Part shown: positions 45,776-56,564 of the stretch, piece after piece
Position numbering within the stretch: position 1 is the first letter of the stretch
How the letters are laid out: each line of letters starts with the position of its first letter
Origin: Gammaproteobacteria bacterium
GTDB lineage: Bacteria; Pseudomonadota; Gammaproteobacteria; CAJXQU01
Assembly: GCA_965238175.1 (NCBI GenBank)
Contig: CBDEGZ010000003.1
Coordinates: 1,024,001-1,088,000, forward strand
Reading direction: 5' to 3'
DNA length: 64,000 bases
Made by a program: the position numbers and the translations under genes
Notes under the pieces: model-generated
Told to the model about the DNA's origin: nothing
What the model saw: the letters and a program-made list of their open reading frames with translations, nothing else
The model's database searches: none

Positions 45776-46605
45776 TGTCAAAAAAATTCAACGTAGCGTG
45801 TCTGCAATTTTGTGCAGATAATGATCTCGATGCTAATTTAGAACTTGCTAAAAAACTTACTCGTCAAACCTGTGAAGTCGGAGCAGATCTGATTTGTTTA
45901 CCAGAATATTTTTCAGCAATCGAAGTAGATGATCAATCGACACTTAAAAATGCATGTACAGAAGAACAGCACCCTGCTTTATCTCAATTTAAAGCATTAG
46001 CAAAAGAACTTTCCATCTGGATTCAAATTGGATCATTACCGATTCGTGTTAATGAAACACAAGTTAATAACAGAGCTTTTCTGATCAATTTTGATGGGGA
46101 AATTACTGCTCGTTATAACAAAATTCACTTGTTTGATGTCATTTTGAAAGATGGTGAGTTGTATCGTGAATCTGATGTGGTGATGCCGGGTACAGAAGCT
46201 GTGGTAGCAAAAACGCCATGGGGAAAATTAGGAATGTCAGTTTGTTATGACGTTCGTTTTGCAGATCAGTATCGTGTTATGGCAAAAGAAGGTGCAGATT
46301 TTCTAACCGTTCCAGCAGCATTCACTCAGACAACGGGTCAAGCACACTGGCATACTTTACTGAGAGCGAGAGCCATTGAAACGGGTTGTTATGTCTTTGC
46401 GGCTTGTCAGAATGGCGTCAGACATACAGGTCGAGCTACCTATGGCCACTCTCTGATCATTGATCCCTGGGGTGCTATACTTGCAGATGCGGGTGAAGAT
46501 GATGGTTTCGTTATTGCTGAAATTGATCCTGCAAGGGTGCAAGAAGTGCGTGGGATGGTACCAACATTGCAACATGATCGAGAATATAACGTACGAGTAG
46601 AATAA
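45775..46605 (+). CDS. carbon-nitrogen hydrolase, Nit1-like (deaminated glutathione amidase-like)
   Basis: LPE, YNKIHLFDV, CYDVRF, TGQAHW-LLRARAIE, TYGHS---DPWG. Confidence 0.9.
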   Translation: MSKKFNVACLQFCADNDLDANLELAKKLTRQTCEVGADLICLPEYFSAIEVDDQSTLKNACTEEQHPALSQFKALAKELSIWIQIGSLPIRVNETQVNNRAFLINFDGEITARYNKIHLFDVILKDGELYRESDVVMPGTEAVVAKTPWGKLGMSVCYDVRFADQYRVMAKEGADFLTVPAAFTQTTGQAHWHTLLRARAIETGCYVFAACQNGVRHTGRATYGHSLIIDPWGAILADAGEDDGFVIAEIDPARVQEVRGMVPTLQHDREYNVRVE

Positions 46606-46763
46606 GGAACTTCTGATGTGTCAGGAACGGTTAGTTTGAGTCCAAAATTCTCAATCTCGCGTTGTGAAACTGAGTAATAGAACCAATCACTTGTGTTTCG
46701 CGCCTTGACCTTGAATATTTTGAATCTCAACCTATCTCGTCCAGACACATCAGAGGTTCCTTA
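46603..46763. repeat. MITE-like palindromic element, family B
   Basis: Terminal IR TAAGGAACTTCTGATGTGTC / GACACATCAGAGGTTCCTTA (19/20 match). Confidence 0.7.
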
Positions 46764-46864
46764 AGTATTATTTAAGAATTATGATCACTTGACAAACCTT
46801 AGATATTCAGTATTGATTCAGCAGCAATCGTATATCTTATTTTGTTATTGGTAGATGAAGACGG

Positions 46865-47161
46865 ATGAAAATGAAAAATAGGATTAACAAAATACTGATA
46901 ATTACCTTATCGCTGTCTGTATTTGCAGGTGTTTCTACCTCATATAATCAACCTTCTATCATCTTATACTCAGAAGCAGCGGAACAGAAAATCACAGAAG
47001 ATCAGGCCGCGAATATTGCTGCAAAAGCAACTGGCGGCCAAGTCCTTGGCAGTGAAACAAAAGGTGTTGAAGGGGTCACTGTTTACAGAATCAAAGTGCT
47101 AATGAAGGATGGGCGTGTCAGAACCGTCCAAGTGGATGCTGTCTCCGGAGAGGTTCAATAA
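46865..47161 (+). CDS. PepSY-domain secreted protein
   Basis: Signal peptide; YRIKVL--DGRV--V-VDA-SG. Confidence 0.85.
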   Translation: MKMKNRINKILIITLSLSVFAGVSTSYNQPSIILYSEAAEQKITEDQAANIAAKATGGQVLGSETKGVEGVTVYRIKVLMKDGRVRTVQVDAVSGEVQ

Positions 47162-47839
47162 ATGCGGTTGTTACTCATTGAAGATGAGATCCCTCTATCT
47201 GATCAGATTTCTGGTAGCTTAAGAAAGGCAGGTTTCGCAGTGGATGTTGCGAATACAGGTGAGGATGGGCTTTATCTTGGTAAAGAATATCCCATCGACG
47301 TTGCGGTTGTTGATATTGGTTTACCTGATATTTCTGGAATTGATGTTATTAAGAAATGGCGCGAATCAGAACAAAGTTTTCCTATCTTGATCCTGACGGC
47401 CCGAGGTCGCTGGGAAGAAAAAGTTGAAGGACTAGAAAGCGGTGCAGATGATTATTTGGTTAAGCCCTTTCATATGGAAGAATTGATCGCAAGGTTGCGA
47501 GCTTTAATTCGCCGATCTGCGGGATTTTCCGATTCAAAGATTTCTATGGGGCGTTTTGTTCTGGATACCTCTTCACAAAAAATGTTATTCGATGAAGAAG
47601 AAGTGGATGTCACTGCGTTTGAATACAAGGTGTTGGAATATTTGATCTTAAATGCGGATAAGGTGGTGTCTAAATCGGAATTGTCCGAACATTTATATGA
47701 AGATGATTTTGATCGTGATAGTAATGTATTGGAAGTGATCATTGGGCGGCTACGCAAAAAGTTAGATCCTGACAAATCACTCAATCCTATCGAAACATTG
47801 CGCGGTCGAGGTTACCGCTTTCGAGCTGTCGAGCCATAA
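47162..47839 (+). CDS. OmpR-family response regulator (PhoP-like)
   Basis: DIGLPD, GADDYLVKPF, wHTH ETLRGRGY. Confidence 0.93.
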   Translation: MRLLLIEDEIPLSDQISGSLRKAGFAVDVANTGEDGLYLGKEYPIDVAVVDIGLPDISGIDVIKKWRESEQSFPILILTARGRWEEKVEGLESGADDYLVKPFHMEELIARLRALIRRSAGFSDSKISMGRFVLDTSSQKMLFDEEEVDVTAFEYKVLEYLILNADKVVSKSELSEHLYEDDFDRDSNVLEVIIGRLRKKLDPDKSLNPIETLRGRGYRFRAVEP

Positions 47840-47864
47840 TAATCTGTAACACTTCTCAAACACG

Positions 47865-49208
47865 ATGATGTCACTTAATGCGCGACTGCTATTAACCGCC
47901 AGCATTGTACTTGCCGCTTTTCTTAGTTTTACCGGGTATGCTTTAGATCGCGCTTTTTCAGATAGTGGACTCGTAGCGGTCACAGAAAGATTGCAGACAG
48001 AAATGTATAGCTTGCTGGCCGCTGCTGATTCTGACGATATCAGTACATTGATTATGCCTGATACGCACCCAGATCTTCGTCTCTCCACACCCGCATCTGG
48101 TATCTATGCAGAAGTTATTTCAGATAAGGGAGAATTGATCTGGCGTTCAGGATCCATGTTGGGGATCACAATTCCATTTAATAAAGTGAATACTAAAGGT
48201 GAGGCTATTTTTGGAGAAGTTGTTTCTGCTGAAGGAACAGAGCTATACACTTTGGGGTTGGGAATCGTTTGGGAGGTCGCACCTTTTATCGTTAAAGGAT
48301 ACAGTTTTCATGTCGCAGAAACCAAAGAACGTTTTGAAAAGCAACAAAGTCAATTCAGAAAAAGTTTGATCATTTGGCTAGGCGCTGCAGTCGTTGCTTT
48401 ACTTCTGGTGCAAGCAATTATTTTACGTTGGGGGCTTGCACCGTTACGTAAGGTTGCATCTGAAGTGGCAGATATCGAATCTGGCCATAGAGAAGAACTT
48501 TCTGCGGATTACCCACGTGAGATTGAACTGTTAGCGACTAATTTAAATGTGCTGATCCGTTCAAGTAATAGTCACTTGAAACGTTACCGAAATGCATTGG
48601 GTGATTTAGCACATAGTTTGAAAACTCCCCTCGCGGTTCTACGTAATCTGGTCGAGAGTGACAACTTGCCAGATGAGTCAAAAAAGACGGTTTCTGAGCA
48701 ATTAGAGCGGCTCAATAATACCGTTGAATATCAATTGCAAAGAGCGGTAGCTCAAGGAAGAAAGGTGCTAGCTGCACCGATCAATATAAAAAAAGTGGCT
48801 CAGAAACTGCTGAATACGTTTAAGAAAGTGTATGTTGATAAACAGATCAATTTTCAACTTAACATTGATCCGCAAACCAAATTCATTGGTGACGAAGGAG
48901 ATCTGATGGAATTATTAGGAAACTTGATGGATAACGCTTGTAAGTGGTGTCAAACAACAGTCAGGATTTCTTCTTCCAGTAAAGAAAATTTATTGACTAT
49001 TCTGATCGAAGATGATGGTAAAGGAATTGCAGAGGATGAAAGAGAAGCTATTTTGAAAAGAGGTATTCGTGGTGATTCACAGGTGGAAGGGCATGGGATC
49101 GGTATGGCTGTGGTCAGAAATTTGGTCGAAGAAGTTTATGATGGAAGGTTAAAGATAGGGACGAGTGATCTCGGCGGTGCTAAAATTACTATCACTCTGG
49201 CGAAATAG
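47865..49208 (+). CDS. sensor histidine kinase (PhoQ-like)
   Basis: LAHSLKTPL H-box, GNLMDNACKW, EDDGKG, GHGIG. Confidence 0.93.
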   Translation: MMSLNARLLLTASIVLAAFLSFTGYALDRAFSDSGLVAVTERLQTEMYSLLAAADSDDISTLIMPDTHPDLRLSTPASGIYAEVISDKGELIWRSGSMLGITIPFNKVNTKGEAIFGEVVSAEGTELYTLGLGIVWEVAPFIVKGYSFHVAETKERFEKQQSQFRKSLIIWLGAAVVALLLVQAIILRWGLAPLRKVASEVADIESGHREELSADYPREIELLATNLNVLIRSSNSHLKRYRNALGDLAHSLKTPLAVLRNLVESDNLPDESKKTVSEQLERLNNTVEYQLQRAVAQGRKVLAAPINIKKVAQKLLNTFKKVYVDKQINFQLNIDPQTKFIGDEGDLMELLGNLMDNACKWCQTTVRISSSSKENLLTILIEDDGKGIAEDEREAILKRGIRGDSQVEGHGIGMAVVRNLVEEVYDGRLKIGTSDLGGAKITITLAK

Positions 49209-49363
49209 TAATAAAAAAGTAATGGGTGACCTTTTCCCTTTAGTAGAACAATAGTAAACGTCAATGTGGGAAAAAGACTGTCCCTAGAGTTGGAAACAAC
49301 GATTCAAAATGCGGGGTTGAGCCAAATTTCTTTTTTTCGGATCAAGGGAATGCTCTGGTTAAC

Positions 49364-50589
49364 TGTAGAAATTCAGATTTGATCTGACAGTTACCCAATT
49401 ATCAGTAACCGACTGTCAGGTTAAGTTTAATTCACAAACTTTTCCTTCCAGATAGCTTGTCCGTCGATGAGTGTTTCCATCGGCGTCCTCCCGCAGCACA
49501 TTTTGCCTTGGTGAGTTCGTTGAGTATTGTATTTGAGCAACCATTCGTCAAGGTCGAGTTGCAGTTCATCAATCGATTGGTAAATTTTCTTACGCAAAGC
49601 GACTTGATAAAACTCATTGAGGATCGTCTTATGGAATCGCTCACAAATACCATTCGTCTGAGGTGATTTGACCTTGGTTTTGGTGTGTTCGATATTGTTC
49701 AACGCCATATAAAGCTGATAATCATGCTGGTCAGCTCGCCCACAATACTCCGTCCCTCTATCTGTCAAAATGCGCAACATAGGCAAACGTTGTTGTTCGT
49801 AGAATGGGAGGACGCGGTCATTGAGCATGTCAGCTGCCGTAATCGGTGTTTTAGTCGGGTACAGTTTCGCGTGAGCGACCTTGCTGTAAGTATCAACAAA
49901 CGTTTGTTGATAAACCCGACCAATGCCTTTGAAAGTACCGACATAGTAAGTATCTTGCGAGCCAAGATAACCAGGGTGTGCCGTCTCTATCTCGCCACAA
50001 GCCTCATCGTCGTCTTTTTTGCGTTCCATCGCCGCGACTTGAGACTCAGTGAGGATCAAGCCTTCACCAGCTACCTTATCAGACAATGCCTTCAGGCGAT
50101 CTTTAAAGCAAGCAAGACCATGACGAAGCCAGATACAACGAACGCCACTGGGTGAGACAAATGTTCCCCGTTTGCGCAGCTCGTTACTGGTGCGCGTTTG
50201 ACCATGTGCGGGCTCTTCCAGTGCATACTCGAGCACAACGGTTTCAATAGCCGGGTCGATTCTGTTTTTAAGATTTGGGGTACGCCGATTACGATCAAAC
50301 AAGGCTTCTACACCGCCTTCATCAGCCGCTTCTTTGTAGCGATAAAATGTATCTCTGGACAAACCCATCATCTTGCAGGCTTTTGAGACATTGCCGAGTT
50401 CTTCAGCGAGATTGAGTAGACCAACTTTATGTTTTATAACTTTGTCATTAGTATGAATCATGAGAGTTACCTCTTTGTGTTTTGATGTTTACGTTGCAGT
50501 TACATCAAAGCGGGTAACTCTCACTAAATCAAGCGTCGCTACGCTCCGCTTGATTTAGTGATGTGTCAGATTGGGTCTAAACTTCTACA
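49364..50589 (-). mobile_element. IS481-family element, copy 2
   Basis: Same ends as copy 1; direct repeat GGTTAAC on both sides. Confidence 0.95.
49427..50461 (-). CDS. IS481-family transposase
   Basis: Identical protein to copy 1. Confidence 0.95.
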   Translation of the reverse strand: MIHTNDKVIKHKVGLLNLAEELGNVSKACKMMGLSRDTFYRYKEAADEGGVEALFDRNRRTPNLKNRIDPAIETVVLEYALEEPAHGQTRTSNELRKRGTFVSPSGVRCIWLRHGLACFKDRLKALSDKVAGEGLILTESQVAAMERKKDDDEACGEIETAHPGYLGSQDTYYVGTFKGIGRVYQQTFVDTYSKVAHAKLYPTKTPITAADMLNDRVLPFYEQQRLPMLRILTDRGTEYCGRADQHDYQLYMALNNIEHTKTKVKSPQTNGICERFHKTILNEFYQVALRKKIYQSIDELQLDLDEWLLKYNTQRTHQGKMCCGRTPMETLIDGQAIWKEKFVN

Positions 50590-50673
50590 GGTTAACGATA
50601 CCTTCTGTGATTGCATACTTTGGAATGCGGGATTGAGCTTGAATCCAATCTATTCCAGATTCTATTCAGGCTT

Positions 50674-52620
50674 TTATTTATTTTCCCTATTTTCAATCAA
50701 ATCATCGACTACCGATGGATCAGCTAAAGTACTGGTGTCTCCGAGATTTTCTAGTTCATTCTCAGCTACTTTACGTAGTATACGCCGCATGATTTTACCC
50801 GAACGAGTTTTGGGTAATCCTGGAGCCCATTGAATAACGTCAGGACTGGCGATAGGACCAATCTCTTTTCGTACATGTTGTACCAACTCTTTACGTAAAT
50901 CATCTGTAGCTTCAATACCGTTCATCAATGTCACATAGGCATAGATACCTTGTCCTTTTATATCGTGAGGGAAGCCAACCACAGCCGATTCAGCAACAGC
51001 ATCATGTAACACCAATGCACTTTCTACTTCTGCTGTACCCATACGATGACCCGAAACATTGATCACATCATCGACACGTCCCGTGATCCAATAATATCCA
51101 TCTTCATCACGACGAGCTCCATCACCACTAAAATAGCTACCTGGAAAAGTTTTGAAGTAGGTTTCATTAAAACGTTGATGATCGCCGTATATAGTTCTCA
51201 TTTGCCCTGGCCATGAGCTTGTTATCGTTAGACAACCTTCAGCTTCGCCCTCAAGTTTCTTACCCTGATCATCAACAATTGCCGGAACAACACCAAAAAA
51301 TGGTAACGTTGCAGAGCCGGGTTTTAGATCGGTCGCGCCAGGGAGGGGGGTGATCAAAATGCCGCCCGTTTCAGTTTGCCACCAGGTATCCACAATAGGG
51401 CAACGACCGTTGCCGATAACATGGTAATACCATTCCCAGGCTTCAGGATTAATAGGTTCACCAACGGAACCTAAAATCCTCAGGGATTTGCGGCTACTAC
51501 GTTTTACCAGTTCGTCACCTAGTGCCATCAATGCACGTATTGCGGTAGGTGCGGTATAGAAAATATTAACTTGATGTTTGTCTACAACATCCCAAAATCG
51601 TCCCGCATCCGGATAGGTTGGAACACCTTCAAACATGAGCGTGGTCGCACCATTACAAAGTGGTCCATAAACGATATAGGAATGGCCTGTCACCCAACCA
51701 ACATCAGCAGTACACCAATAAACATCACCATCGTGATAATCAAAAATATATTTGTGCGTCATTGCAGTGTAGAGCAGGTAACCACCTGTGGTATGCAACA
51801 CACCTTTAGGTTTACCTGTGGAGCCTGATGTGTAGAGAATAAATAATGGATCTTCCGCATCCATTTCTTCCGGAGGACAATCTGTTGAAGCTGCTGCAAC
51901 TGACTCGTGGTACCAGATGTTGGTTTTATCATCCCAATTAATGTCGCCGCCTGTGCATTTAACAACAAGAACAGTATGAACATTTGGACAAGATTCCAGG
52001 GCTTTATCAACATTTGTTTTTAAAGGTACAGATCTGCCTCCACGTAGACCTTCGTCAGCAGTAACGACAACCTGACAGTCTGAGTCTACTATCCGATCTT
52101 TGAGCGCTTCTGGTGAGAATCCACCAAATACGATGGAGTGGACGGCACCGATCCGTGTACAGGCCAACATTGCGACAGCAGCTTCTGGCACCATTGGCAT
52201 ATAGAGAGAAATACGGTCGCCTTTTTTTACCCCTCGGTCTTTTAAAACATTGGCGAAACGGCAGACTTGTTCATGGAGCTCTCTATAGGTGATCTTTTTA
52301 TCGACATTAGGATCATCACCTTCCCAAATGATAGCAACCTGATCACCTCGGCTTTCCAGGTGCCTATCCAAACAATTGTATGAGACATTGAGTTTAGCAC
52401 CTTCAAACCACGCTATGTTTGCCGAACCGTTATCGTTATATTCCCATCCTTGCACTTTGTTCCATGGTTTAGACCAGCTGACAAGCTCTTTAGCTTGTTC
52501 ACCCCAAAAAGTTTCAGGATCATCAACAGACTGTTGGTACATGTCTTTATATTTCTGATTATCAATCCATGCTGTTGTTGCGATATTGGTAGGGACGGGA
52601 TATTTTTTTATGTCAGCCAT
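50674..52620 (-). CDS. acs: acetyl-CoA synthetase
   Basis: [29 protein letters not shown]. Confidence 0.98.
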   Translation of the reverse strand: MADIKKYPVPTNIATTAWIDNQKYKDMYQQSVDDPETFWGEQAKELVSWSKPWNKVQGWEYNDNGSANIAWFEGAKLNVSYNCLDRHLESRGDQVAIIWEGDDPNVDKKITYRELHEQVCRFANVLKDRGVKKGDRISLYMPMVPEAAVAMLACTRIGAVHSIVFGGFSPEALKDRIVDSDCQVVVTADEGLRGGRSVPLKTNVDKALESCPNVHTVLVVKCTGGDINWDDKTNIWYHESVAAASTDCPPEEMDAEDPLFILYTSGSTGKPKGVLHTTGGYLLYTAMTHKYIFDYHDGDVYWCTADVGWVTGHSYIVYGPLCNGATTLMFEGVPTYPDAGRFWDVVDKHQVNIFYTAPTAIRALMALGDELVKRSSRKSLRILGSVGEPINPEAWEWYYHVIGNGRCPIVDTWWQTETGGILITPLPGATDLKPGSATLPFFGVVPAIVDDQGKKLEGEAEGCLTITSSWPGQMRTIYGDHQRFNETYFKTFPGSYFSGDGARRDEDGYYWITGRVDDVINVSGHRMGTAEVESALVLHDAVAESAVVGFPHDIKGQGIYAYVTLMNGIEATDDLRKELVQHVRKEIGPIASPDVIQWAPGLPKTRSGKIMRRILRKVAENELENLGDTSTLADPSVVDDLIENRENK

Positions 52621-52751
52621 TTTATGTCAGCCTTTGTAGTTATATTTATATGCTTCTTTACGTTGTGCTGGTTGTATGCAAGAGTACGATTCACAGGGTG
52701 GGTAAGTCAATACTAATATCAAACAAAACAATGACAATATCAAAAATATCA

Positions 52752-53741
52752 ATGAAAAATAGTAAAATTTTGGAAGTGGCGATTATTGCTGTTCAACAGG
52801 CCTGTATCGTTACACGCAAGGTGCAGGCCGATTTGGAAAGGATGCAGCAGATAGAAAAAAGTGATAAAAGTCCAGTTACTGTTGCAGATTTTGCCGCACA
52901 AGCTGTTGTAACGCACGTCTTAGAAGCATCACTTGGGCCGATCAAATTGGTAGGAGAGGAGGCGAGTGCAGAGCTGCGAGAGTCTGATCAAGAAACGCTT
53001 TGTCAATCTGTGGTCAGTGCAGTACAAACAGTTTGGGCTGAAGCAACGAAAGAACAAGTTTTAGATGCGATAGATGTTGGTAGTCATGATGCGAGTTCTT
53101 TATCGTATTGGACACTCGATCCGATTGATGGGACGAAAGGATTTTTACGGGGGGGGCAATACGCTATTTCGCTGGCGTTGATCGAAAATGGTGAAGTGAT
53201 CCTTGGCGTGCTTGGATGTCCAAATCTTTCCTTAGACTTTGACCGATCATTTGACAAACCAGATCCTGATGGAGTGATCTATTTTGCGCGGAGAGGTGAA
53301 GGTACGTGGCGAGTTACTGACAACAAATCACCACTAAGAATCACGCCAGATCCATATGATGGTTTGATTCGAGTTTGTGAGTCTGTTGAATCTGGACATT
53401 CAAAACATGATGATACAGCAAGGATTGTAGAAAAATTAGGTGGCGCAGGCGAGTCTGCCAGGCTTGACAGCCAGTGCAAATATGCAGTGGTTGCCAGGGG
53501 GCAGGCGGATGCCTATTTACGTTTACCAACACGGGCAGACTATGTGGAAAAAATTTGGGATCATGCTGGCGGAATGCTTATCGCACAGGAAGCGGGAATG
53601 CTCGTCAGCGATATATATGGTAAGTCCTTAGATTTTTCGCAAGGGATAGGACTGAAAAACAATAGTGGGGTGATTTGTGCCAGTCCAAAGTTTCATGATC
53701 AGATCCTCCATGCAATAGAAGAACTGGGACTTGCTTCTTAG
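52752..53741 (+). CDS. 3'(2'),5'-bisphosphate nucleotidase, HAL2/SAL1-like
   Basis: KSDKSPVTVADF, LDPIDGTKGFLRGGQYA, CESVESGHS, DSQCKY, EKIWDHA; start uncertain. Confidence 0.88.
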   Translation: MKNSKILEVAIIAVQQACIVTRKVQADLERMQQIEKSDKSPVTVADFAAQAVVTHVLEASLGPIKLVGEEASAELRESDQETLCQSVVSAVQTVWAEATKEQVLDAIDVGSHDASSLSYWTLDPIDGTKGFLRGGQYAISLALIENGEVILGVLGCPNLSLDFDRSFDKPDPDGVIYFARRGEGTWRVTDNKSPLRITPDPYDGLIRVCESVESGHSKHDDTARIVEKLGGAGESARLDSQCKYAVVARGQADAYLRLPTRADYVEKIWDHAGGMLIAQEAGMLVSDIYGKSLDFSQGIGLKNNSGVICASPKFHDQILHAIEELGLAS

Positions 53742-54019
53742 TCAATTTAAAATATCAACATAAGTAGACTAGGTGATTGAAAACGAACTTTTACCTGTGA
53801 AGACAAGATCTTAACCAGTTCTAAGCAACACGTTTGATTATAAAACTGTTGTTACAGATTAAAGATGTCACTGTTTTAAGCATTGCTTGAAGGCGCAAGG
53901 CATTGTTAAAGTTGATCAGCGCAACAGTACTGCAGAAATCGAAAGTATTGATTGGTATGCGCCCGGTGTTGATCTAGTCAAGATCGAGAGGGCAGAACGA
54001 TCAAACAGTACATTTCTAA

Positions 54020-54042
54020 TCCAGGGTTTTTACACCCTGGAG
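54020..54042. terminator. hairpin downstream of nhaD
   Basis: TCCAGGGT-ttttac-ACCCTGGA. Confidence 0.55.
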
Positions 54043-54067
54043 TTATTGAAATATAAGAGAGGTTAAA

Positions 54068-55519
54068 TTAGCTGCCGTTCATCAATATGTGCACCCAGAT
54101 ACTCGCGGCATAACCTAAAGCAATTGCCCAGGTCCACTTCAGGTGGCTGAAGAAAGTATAAATACCTCGGGCTTGACCCATTACAGCAACGCCTGCTGCC
54201 GAACCAACCGATAATAACGATCCGCCAACACCTGCTGTTAAGGTAACAAGCAGCCATTGAGCATGATTCATTTCAGGCAACATGGTCAGTACAGCAAACA
54301 TCACCGGAATGTTGTCAACAATTGCTGAGAGAATACCCACAAGTATATTCGCATTTGTTGTACCAAGACCATCGTACATCAGTGTAGACACCAAAGATAA
54401 GTAACCTAATGCACCAAGGCCGCCCACGCATAGAATTACACCGTAGAAAAACATCAGTGTATCCCATTCTGCTCTGGCTAATGATTTGAAAATATTAAAA
54501 ACTCTTGCGGGCTTTCCATTAGCACCGGTATCTCTTGCATCACTGGCTTCAGTACCAAGCGCTCTTGCACCCATGTTTTCACCAGGGTCGACGTGTGTAC
54601 CTTGTCGTTTTAAGTAGTAGCCAAAGAACTTTAACAAACCAAGGCCTGTCATCATGCCAAGCACAGGGGGCAAGTGAAGGAAATTGTGCGCGGAAACGGC
54701 CATCATAATAGTTAAAATGAATAACGCTATGACAACCATAGAACCTTTCATCATATAAACTTCTTCATCAAGTGCATCTGGTTTTATTTTAGGAACGGCC
54801 ATCGATATGATCGCGGCAGGAATTAACCAGTTAACTAATGAAGGAACAAATAGGGCAAAGAATTCCTGAAACTGAACGATTCCTTTTTGCCATACCATTA
54901 GAGTTGTTATGTCACCGAAAGGACTAAAAGCACCGCCAGCATTGGCAGCAACGACAATATTGATACAAGCGATAGCAACAAATTTAGTATTAGTACCGCC
55001 AACCGCCATCGCAACAGTGGACATTAACAGTGCGGTGGTCAGGTTATCTGCTATGGGAGATAAACAAAAAGAGATCAAACCGGTAAGCCAGAAAATCGTT
55101 CTAAGAGAAAATCCTCGTGATACCAGCCAAGCTCGTAACTTATCAAACACACCCATATATTCCATGGTGTTTATATAAGTCATTGCAGCAAGAAGGAAGA
55201 GAAAGAGTTCCGCAAATTCCAGTAAGTTGTGTCTCACCATAATCTCAGCTGTGTGTACATCACCACTTTGAGAATAGACAACCGCTACAATTGCCCAGAT
55301 GATACCTGCAGCGACAGTGACAGGTTTTGATTTTCTCAGATGAAGTTGTTCTTCAAATATAACGAGTAAGTAGGCAAGGACAAAAGTTACCAGCGCTACT
55401 GTTGCAGCCGTGAGTCCTGTGAAATCTTGAGGTGTGGCACTATGACCACCTTCAGATGCAAATAAGAGTGCTGGAATTAAAAATAGTCCTGTTCCGATCA
55501 AAGTAAGAAGCTTCTTCAT
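54068..55519 (-). CDS. nhaD: Na+/H+ antiporter, NhaD family
   Basis: LHLRKSKP, ADNLTT, NAGGAFSPFGDITT, EWDTL, VDNIP. Confidence 0.93.
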   Translation of the reverse strand: MKKLLTLIGTGLFLIPALLFASEGGHSATPQDFTGLTAATVALVTFVLAYLLVIFEEQLHLRKSKPVTVAAGIIWAIVAVVYSQSGDVHTAEIMVRHNLLEFAELFLFLLAAMTYINTMEYMGVFDKLRAWLVSRGFSLRTIFWLTGLISFCLSPIADNLTTALLMSTVAMAVGGTNTKFVAIACINIVVAANAGGAFSPFGDITTLMVWQKGIVQFQEFFALFVPSLVNWLIPAAIISMAVPKIKPDALDEEVYMMKGSMVVIALFILTIMMAVSAHNFLHLPPVLGMMTGLGLLKFFGYYLKRQGTHVDPGENMGARALGTEASDARDTGANGKPARVFNIFKSLARAEWDTLMFFYGVILCVGGLGALGYLSLVSTLMYDGLGTTNANILVGILSAIVDNIPVMFAVLTMLPEMNHAQWLLVTLTAGVGGSLLSVGSAAGVAVMGQARGIYTFFSHLKWTWAIALGYAASIWVHILMNGS

Positions 55520-55781
55520 TATGTATCTTCCCCAAGAGATTTATGAAAATTCAAATTTTATCACTGTTAATTAATATAAGTAATAAATGATTACCAGGTT
55601 TTCATCAATTAAAAAAGCATGATGTATGCCAACTGGTTGTGATTAAATTTAGTGAAAACTAATGTTTCCGACGGTATCGCCGAAAGGATATTTAATCGTA
55701 AAATGAAACTACTTTAGATAAAGTTACTAAAGAATCAAATAATACGGATATGTAAATATATAGATTGACAGGATTTCATCA

Positions 55782-56339
55782 ATGCTAAGAGAATCAAAAA
55801 GTCTAATCAAGGACGTAACTCAAGAATTGAACAAAGATCAAATTCAGCCAACGCTGAAAGGTGCTACCTCAGAACGTTCAAATCAATGGAAACCAAATGT
55901 GACGGTTGCTGCCATTATTGAACGCGGTGGTAAGTTCATGATGATAGAGGAATTTTCACAAGGTAAGTTGGTATTCAATCAACCTGCTGGCCATTTAGAA
56001 GAAGGTGAGAGCCTACTACAGGCGGTGGAAAGGGAAGTGCGTGAAGAAACCGCCTGGGGGTTTAAACCAGAAAAAGTGATCGGTCTTTATATGTATCCTT
56101 CACCAGCAAACGACATTACTTACTTACGTGTCTGTTTTACAGGTAGCTGTCATGATCATAAACCAGAATTACCCTTGGACGATGGTATCTACCGGGTTCA
56201 TTGGATGACTGTAGAGGAAATTCGGAAAAATATAGGACGGCTACGTTGCTCGATGACCTTAACCTGTATTGATGATTATCTTGCAGGGAACCAGTTTCCG
56301 TTAGAATATTTACATAACCAGCTTTCTTCGCGCTCATAG
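55782..56339 (+). CDS. nudJ: NUDIX hydrolase (NudJ-like)
   Basis: WKPNVTVAA, NQPAGHLE-GE, REVREET; start uncertain. Confidence 0.8.
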   Translation: MLRESKSLIKDVTQELNKDQIQPTLKGATSERSNQWKPNVTVAAIIERGGKFMMIEEFSQGKLVFNQPAGHLEEGESLLQAVEREVREETAWGFKPEKVIGLYMYPSPANDITYLRVCFTGSCHDHKPELPLDDGIYRVHWMTVEEIRKNIGRLRCSMTLTCIDDYLAGNQFPLEYLHNQLSSRS

Positions 56340-56524
56340 ACAAACTCACGCATGGCAAGACTTATCAGAGCCACGATCACGTTAGGGCAGATGTATTCAG
56401 GTATACCGACATAATTTATAATCGGCAGCGATTCCATCAAACATTAAACTATGTCTCACCGACAGAGTATGAAATGATGAGAGCTGTTTAATTTAGCTGC
56501 CTGCGTGGATATTAGTACACTTCA
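56321..56524 (+). pseudogene. IS3-family 3' relic (transposase C-terminus and right end)
   Basis: Reads AFFALIDKLTHGKTYQSHDHVRADVFRYTDIIYNRQRFHQTLNYVSPTEYE; ends in CA. Confidence 0.75.
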
Positions 56525-56564
56525 TATACCCCCATCTGAGGTCATGAAATATCAACTGCTAAGG

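Noticed and set aside
49307-50640. AATGCGGGRTTGAGC repeated on both sides of IS481 copy 2
   Set aside because: Not adjacent to the IS ends, so not a TSD; only two short copies with no interpretable ORF or structure.
53742-54015. Possible pseudogene between the HAL2-like gene and nhaD
   Set aside because: Only short open stretches with no recognisable family motif.
55520-55781. Na+/Li+ riboswitch upstream of nhaD
   Set aside because: AT-rich region with no recognisable conserved aptamer; an Rfam scan would be needed.
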